Assembly: GCF_009914755.1 (NCBI RefSeq)
Contig: NC_060927.1
DNA from: the human T2T-CHM13v2.0 reference genome, Homo sapiens
Length of the DNA stretch: 64,000 bases
Strand: one strand, 5' to 3'
Part shown: positions 55,498 through 64,000 of the stretch, one piece after another
Layout: each line of letters starts with the position of its first letter
Numbering within the stretch: the stretch's first letter is position 1
Made by a program: the position numbers and the translations under genes
The notes under the pieces: generated by a model
Databases searched by the model: none
What the model was told of the DNA's origin: nothing
What the model saw: only the letters and a program-made list of their open reading frames with translations

Positions 55498-55657
55498 AGA
55501 TGTGATGGCCTTGGTGCAGCGTGGCTTTTTGCAGAGTCTTTTATGATAGTTTTTGTTATCAGGCATTTGTACATGAGAACGCTCCCGTCATGGCCTTTCC
55601 TAGCTCTATTTGTCAGGGTTTTGTTTGTGACTCCATTTGATTCTGACAACTTTTATA
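55171..55657 (-). mobile_element. MER67-like ERV1 LTR containing a TG microsatellite
   Basis: ctctatttgtcagggtttt...gtgactccatttgattctgacaacttt end motif. Confidence 0.8.
55435..55494. repeat. (TG)14 TC (TG)15 microsatellite
   Basis: Counted directly. Confidence 0.98.
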
Positions 55658-56039
55658 TTATCAAACCTCCTGAACTCTGAATGCATCATTAAACCTGGCT
55701 GTTAGCATTAAGGTTTCCCCACCAAATGTTCTCTTGTACATCACAATATGACTGAAGGGAGATTACATAATGAGTAACATCAATACCATGCATGTTCTAT
55801 ATTCCATATGGATAATGCGCAACAAGCAAAATTCCTGCCAAAATCCTTATTTTGACACAAAAAACAGAATGCAGCTATAGCTGTATGTTTTCCTTCACAA
55901 TGTTCCACTATAGGCCCTTTCTGTAGTGCATTATCTGCCGCTGGTCCAGAAGCTCTTTAAAAACAGAGGCCACTTATTTTTCATCCTTGGATCCAAAGAC
56001 CAGCATGTGGAGCCCAGGTTAGGACAGATGTCACCTCTT

Positions 56040-56345
56040 AGTAGACTTATCAATCCCATCCCATGAAGGTATCCCTCCTTCCTTTTCTTCCCATTTGTTT
56101 GTATCCCTCATAGCTTATATCAATCTTGAAATTTTAGTACTCATTTATGATTACTTGATTTCTATTGAGAATGCAAACTGAAATGAGGGCAGAAATCAGG
56201 AATGTCTGCTTCTCAGCTGTATTCTACCTGGATACAGTATACTGCCCATAGAGCACTTGCTAAACACTGAATTGGTGGGTCAATGGATGGATGGATGGCT
56301 GGGATGCATGGACGGATGGTAGATGACTGGGTGGGTGGTTTGAAA
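56040..56345 (+). mobile_element. L2 3' end with (GGAT)n tail
   Basis: atgagggcagaaatc...gcacttgctaaa followed by ggatggatgg. Confidence 0.65.
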
Positions 56346-56559
56346 AAATGTCTAAGGGAATGACTATTAGAACGAATGACTGTTGAATGAATTACTGTTT
56401 CATTAATAAATAAAAATAAATAAATAAAAGCTAAAACTATTATTTTAGTAAGTAGAGAGTAGAAAAAATAACTGTTATTTTCTTAATGTTTTATAACCAT
56501 AAACATAACATTCTCTGGGTTGTCTTCCTTTTCCCAAGTTATGTCCTCAGATAAATCTA

Positions 56560-56930
56560 AAAATGAGAATTCTTCCAATGGGTGATCTCCCCTGGTCCAG
56601 TCCACTATTTGCTCAACTACAAGATGGAGAAGTTTCACTTTGCAGCAGCATGTGTGAAAACAGCTTGGAAATTTTTGTAGAGAATAAGCTCAAGATGAGT
56701 CAACAGAGAAATGTTGTTTCTACAAAACACGTTTTATCTCAGATTGCGAATGCAAGTCTGGTGTTGAGTTGAGGGAGGTGATTTCTCACTCTGATCTTAT
56801 TGACAGGGATAGTCATGGAGTTTTCTGTCAACCTGGGAGCCACCAGGAACAGCCTATAGCACATTCACAAAAGAGATCAGTATGGCTGAAGAAAATCAAA
56901 GAAAAGAGAAATGAGGAAACAAGGGTCAAC
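56560..56930 (+). mobile_element. L3/CR1 LINE fragment (ORF2 C-terminal region)
   Basis: Translation SSMCENSLEIFVENKLKMSQQ resembles the CR1 motif EKDLGVLVDxKLNMSQQC. Confidence 0.7.
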
Positions 56931-57009
56931 CTTTGACTATAGCATTGCAAAGGCAGTCATTCTAGGAAGGAGGAAAGATGCAGGTGAACCAACTAGTAAA
57001 TGGTAGAAC

Positions 57010-57180
57010 AGAATCTGAATCCAGCATATGACCTGTGGAGTGACTCAGATCTGGATTCCAATTCCATTTTTGCCACTTTTTAGCCATTTGACTCTGGGCA
57101 AATAAACTCTTATCAGTAACCTCACCTGCAAAATGGGGCTTATTTATTCTCATGGAACTGCATTTCAGAGTAACCAAACA
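57010..57180 (+). mobile_element. MIR
   Basis: tgactctgggcaa...cacctgcaaaatgggg. Confidence 0.7.
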
Positions 57181-57306
57181 GCACCAATGATGGACAATTC
57201 TTCAAAGAATTCTAGCATTAAAAGCAAAAGGACCCCCACCATTTTAAATCCCTAAAAATATAACTGACTCATGCAAAATTATCAACAGGTAATTTGGGGC
57301 TTAGGT

Positions 57307-58126
57307 CAGGAGTTCTTAACCTGGGGGTCCCACAGAGGCTTAGCAGAGGGTGCATGGATAAAAGGAAGGAAACACATGAACATGAATGAAAAAAATGACA
57401 CATAGTTATTTTTACTAATTTTTAACTAAAATTTTGTATCTTATTAAATCACAGATGTAGGCAATGAACCACTGTAGTAACAGCAGTACCTATGAGTTGT
57501 GTCACAGTATAAATCACAGGTATTTTAAAAATATGTAAAGTAATAACTTGATAGTTATTGCAGTTACCTTGAAATATCATTTATTCTAGAAGTACTTATC
57601 ATTACAATTACTATCACACAATTATGATGGTCATTATAGCTGCTACCACTTCTCATTATTTAATATGTAATAAAGAAATGCATAATTCACTGTATCACAA
57701 ATTTGCTGTTAATACTGTCTTAACTGGTATTAAATAACATGAATTTCCTTGGTACTTCTCTATACTTAACTGTCCTTAATTAAAATCATTATTGGGTGGG
57801 AGGGTTGCTTGAGGCTAGGAGTTTCAATCCAGCCTGGGCAAAGTAGTGAGACCCCATATCTAAAAAAAATTAGCTGGGCATAGTGGCGTGCACGTGTGGT
57901 CTCAGCTACTCAGGAGACTGAGATGGGAGGACTGCTTGAGCCTAGGAGTTCAAAGTTGCAGTAAGCTATGATCATACTACTGCACTCCAGCCTAGGTGAA
58001 GGAGCAAGACCGTACCTTGAAAAAAAATAATAAAAATAAAAAATAAAAACATTATTGGGGGAAAAGGTATACAAGCGTCACCAACAGCCAAAAAGGTGAC
58101 TGAACCAAAAAGGTTAAGAACTCCTG
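57307..58126. mobile_element. Charlie4a-like hAT element with perfect 16-bp TIRs, interrupted by an AluJ
   Basis: caggagttcttaacct (57307-57322) and aggttaagaactcctg (58111-58126). Confidence 0.85.
57795..58045 (+). mobile_element. AluJ, 5'-truncated, TSD cattattggg, inside a Charlie4a-like element
   Basis: J-type motifs, A-rich tail, direct repeats. Confidence 0.9.
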
Positions 58127-58312
58127 CTTTGGATGAAAGTGTGACGGGAAACTTTATAATGGAGAACCAGGCTGTCACTACCTAAATCTGCTGATCAATT
58201 TCAGGATTCTAAGAGCAGGACATCCAGACATTATGCCTCCCTATACACTGTGATTTGAAGCACATAATACTACTACTACAAATGCTTATATCTGAAAATA
58301 ATCCATAGACCC

Positions 58313-58462
58313 GCAGCTGTCTAATAGAACTTTTTGCGATTGTTTACACTATGCAACACAGCAGACACTAGCTGCATTTGAAATGTGGCTAGAGCAAAGA
58401 AGCAACCTGAATTTCTAATTTTACTTAAGTGTATAATCAGCCACCTATAGCTAGCATCTACC
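58313..58462. mobile_element. MER3-like MITE fragment
   Basis: ctgtctaatagaacttt...gaaatgtggctag. Confidence 0.7.
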
Positions 58463-58783
58463 CTGGAGCCCACCTTAGAGCTAACTTACTTTACACCAAA
58501 CACAAGATAGAGAAACAAGTTAAGTAACACTAAAGGGAAGCAAACAGACAAATCCGTACTATAGAACAGTCTACAGGACAACTGACTCAGTTAAAAAAAA
58601 ATTCAATGGCATAACAATATTGGATTAAAACAGCACTAAAACAAATAATAACCTAATATAAGGTGTGGATCTTTTTTGGATCCTGATCCAACCAAGCAAT
58701 GATAAAAAGACATTTTAAAACAGTCAAAGAACTTGACTACTGCATTAAGAAATTCCTATTAATTTTGTGAAATATGATAATGG

Positions 58784-59147
<364 letters not shown>

Positions 59148-59589
59148 TTAAAGATACATGCTGATGTGTGTAGAGCTAAGAAAATACTTCTAGCAATTGC
59201 CTTAAAATATTTCAGCAAAAACTCAAGTGGATAAATGAAGCAAGTGTGGCAAAATCCGAATGACATTTGAATCTGGTTGAAGGTAAACAGGCCATCCTTT
59301 GTATTGTTTTTGGTGCTTTTTCTGAGTATGTCTGAAACATTTCAAAATTAATTTTAAATGGGATAATGCATTGGGTACAGTGACCAACACACAGTAAACA
59401 TTCAGTAAATGTTAATTAGCAAGTATTAGCATCATCAACATTATCATTTATGTTCTCAAAAGTCAAAACTAAGATCAATCAGTAAAAAATACAAAGAGGT
59501 AGCTTTCAGCTTCATCTAAGAACAGGCTCTGGGAAGATGAAAATACACCGTCTCGTGAGGGAGTAGCCAACAGCATATTCAAGATAACA

Positions 59590-59720
59590 ATAACAGCAGT
59601 GACTTACATGATTGAGTACTTATAATGGGGCAGATGTGGTTCTAAGCACTTTCCATATAACCCCTCACTCAATCTTCACAACAATTTCATAAGGTAGGTA
59701 CTCTAACTGTCCCTGCTGGA
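59590..59720 (-). mobile_element. MIR fragment
   Basis: attgagtactta...ctaagcacttt...aatcttcacaacaa. Confidence 0.7.
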
Positions 59721-60675
59721 GCAGAGATTGATCACTTGGTGAGGATGCTGCAGAAGAGGGTCAAGGTAAATGGCTTTGCTAGTTGCCCTTTAACATCCCT
59801 GATAACCCTGAACTCCTCTGATTCAATGAACATGTCATTCAAATGAATTGTGCAGGTTGGCCAGCTGGCTGGCTCACACACACATACAGGGCAATTCTTG
59901 CTTTTACTTACTAAAAGGTCTTTAAACACCACCTTTCCCTTTCAAGTAGGAGACTAAAACGTCACAGGAATTTAATTATCTGTAGGCAAGAAGATGATAT
60001 GATCAAGAAAATGCTACATTTAAACTACTCCATTTACCCACTTTCAAATTTCCCATCAATTAGAGGGGAACATCTTCCCTAGGCAGCCATTTGACCAAGA
60101 AATGTCCGTGGTATATCTTCGTCAACATGTTTCAGAATATAAATCCAGATTACACAAACTAAAGTTGGTATAAAGGCTGTCATCATATATTATATCATTT
60201 GGAAAGAAATATTGGTGACCTTATCCAGTATGACTGTTATAATGGTAATAAAATTGAATCTTTGAAGATTACACTTCTGGTCAAAGTAGTAAAATGTGAC
60301 CTTATTCTATTCAACATTGACATTTATTATATTAATTTACATGTAAAAAACTGCATTAGAATGATATTAAAGCCCTGGTTAGAAATGTTAGAAATGGGAA
60401 TGTTCAAGAACTTCAGAAATAAGATTTCACTTTACCAGCCATTCACAGCATTGAGTTTGTTTGATGCAAATTAAACTAAATTTCCTTCACCAATCTCTGA
60501 TTCGGTTCTAATTTTATTATTATCACTATCTCATTCATACAGGAGATATTTTTCCCAATGCCTCTTTAAACATTTTATAAACCTTAACTCATTTTCATCA
60601 TGCTCTGGATAAAAAGATAACACAGAGCACTGAATATATAAACCTGAGTCAGAGGATCAAGCCATCTGCTTATGA

Positions 60676-61087
<412 letters not shown>

Positions 61088-61414
61088 AAAAACATTTTTT
61101 TATACTGGTCAAAATTTTATAGGGAGGTCCCTCCCTTAAATATAAGTTTTGCAAACTTTCAGTTTGGGGGTAGAACATGGAATCATGCAATGAATTAAGG
61201 ACAAGATTCAGCCACACCTCAACAGATTATTCTATTTTCACCATTAGCCCAAAGTCCAGGCTTGCTAGGATGGGTCCCAACTGTCCTTCCAATTTTGTTT
61301 CTCACTATTCTCGCCAGCACTTCAAGGTTCCAACCAAAATTAACTTTTTGCTATGTATTTCCTCATATGTCTTAGTTAATATTGTCTTCTACTCTGAATA
61401 TCTTTTGACTTTCT

Positions 61415-61785
61415 ATCAATAGGTTAAGCTAGGTGTTGCTATGATAACAAGCAGTCCCAGCATTTCAGAAGCTTGTAACAAAAAAGGTTTACTTCTTGCC
61501 TGCTATTTGTCCATGGTGGGCCAGCAGATCAGCTCTGCCCATCTCTGGCACTCTGATATCCAGGCTAAGAGAGCAAAAACCAGCTCAAACACTGTTAGGA
61601 ACCATCCCAAGGGGAAGAGAAAACTGCAGGGTCTTACACCAGAAGTTAGGTGCTTAGTCCAAAGTGACACAATTCACTGCCATAACTAGTCATGTGGTTC
61701 CACCAAACCACAAGAAGCATAATGCTACCATACACCTGGAAGAAAGAAGAACTAAAAATATTTGGTCAATACCATCAATGACTCC
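61415..61785. mobile_element. Old MLT1-type LTR
   Basis: gctatgataacaa...tttcagaagcttgtaacaa...aactagtcatgtgg pattern. Confidence 0.55.
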
Positions 61786-62877
61786 CTATCTCCATGTGTC
61801 CCAAATCTGATAATTTTTCCAGATCTAAGTTAGATTCCACCTCCTCCTAAAAGAAAACCACAGTCCTTCCTGCTAAAAGGAAACCGTTCATATGGTTAAT
61901 ATACAGAGCATGTTATTTTACCTCATAAGACTCTCGTGACTCTCTGAGAACCGTGTCTCTATTGGAATTCCGTGTTTCCCATAATGCCTTGCTAGATAAA
62001 TATTGCTTGAATGATTGAACAAGGCTGTCTGTATAATGAGAGTTTCATCTCCAAAGACTTCGAATACCCTGGAGGCTAGTAATACGTGGTAAGCAATAAA
62101 ACTTTATTTTTTCTTATTTATATCATAAAGATACTTAAAACAATATTAAAATGATCATAAAGATGAAATAAAAATGAGCCCATAGTCCCGCCACCCTAAA
62201 CCAACAAATGTTTTCATTTCTTTTCCTCCTGGTCCTATTCAAAGGGCATCCATTTCCTTTACATAGCTGTATTCAGGGTGCATACAAAGAGAGAATTCTA
62301 AATAGAACAGAGGTAACTGCCCAGTCAACAGGTTTTGTTTGTTTGTTTGTTTGTTTTTGCTCTTCCCCAAGATAGAGACACATTGGGCCATATCCTAATA
62401 CTGAGACTTATTTTCTGCAATAAAATCTCCGTTAATTTAAAGCTTCTAAGCTGTTTAATACAGTCACCATCATTAGGAAATATCAGTGTAGTCTTCACCA
62501 CTACTTCCTCTCCTTGGCTCAACACTGGAAGAAATTGCCTCTAGTGAAAGGAGATTGACTTCCAACATGAGAAGAAGGAAGAAAAGGAGAAGTGTGTGCT
62601 AAATCTTGGACAGTTCTGGGGAACATCGTAGACCAACGTCACCTTGTCACGGTCCGACGTTAAGACATCATTAACAAGAGCTAACAACCAACATTGAAGT
62701 TTTAACCTCATTCGTGAATTTATCTGATTATTATTTTGCTCCATTTAGCTCATCCAATTCTTTTCATTTTATCATGCACTCTTTTTATTTGTGTAGTCTG
62801 AGTTGAACCTTTTCTAAAACAAGGTAGAAAATACATACATAATGCTTCAAAAAAATGTTTTCCATACTGCCAAATAG

Positions 62878-63258
<381 letters not shown>

Positions 63259-63261
63259 TAA

Positions 63262-63609
<348 letters not shown>

Positions 63610-64000
63610 TAAACACCCAAACACCTTTCAATGTTATTAAATTTCAGAGTAATGACTTTTTGTCTATTTTCTATTTTAATAGCTGATAGATTAGTAGGTT
63701 TTCAAGCTATATTTTAAAATTTTATGTTCAGTTTCCTAACCACTGCCACATGTACACATAATTTATACTCTTACATTTTTGAAAGGGTTTATTATTTTAT
63801 GTGCTATAGTTATTGATCTGAATCAAATCTTTCTTACTTGATTCAACAGACTATAGTGGGAATAAAATGTGACTATTTACGAATGTTAACCACTGCTGTA
63901 ATTCATATGAAATCTGCCAAGCCTATTATATTAGGAATAATGTTATATATTTTATCTAAGAGTCTGATAACACCTACCTCAAGTCTAAATATTCTCTGAA

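Overview
Primate (very likely human) genomic DNA lying entirely inside the FHIT gene (fragile histidine triad, 3p14.2, FRA3B region), which is transcribed on the minus strand. The only protein-coding sequence is two short exons recognised from their translation: exon 6 (39553-39698, residues H35-Q83) and exon 7 (36918-36947, D84-K93). The rest is intron 7 (1-36917), intron 6, and the 3' end of the very large intron 5 (39699-64000). These introns hold 12 Alus, many MIR/L2/L3/L1M fragments, MaLR/ERV LTRs, hAT and Tigger DNA transposons, microsatellites and a truncated U2 snRNA retrocopy. None of the supplied ORFs looks like a real gene. The most notable observations are: (1) the exon 6 acceptor has minor-spliceosome (U12-type) architecture, suggesting the giant intron 5 is a U12 intron; (2) a 61-bp-arm near-perfect inverted repeat in apparently unique sequence; (3) a ~0.9-kb AT-rich block with palindromic organisation and inverted flanks; (4) smaller hairpins and cryptic exon candidates. 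I found no evidence of a new multi-gene system. Repeat subfamily names and boundaries are by eye and approximate.
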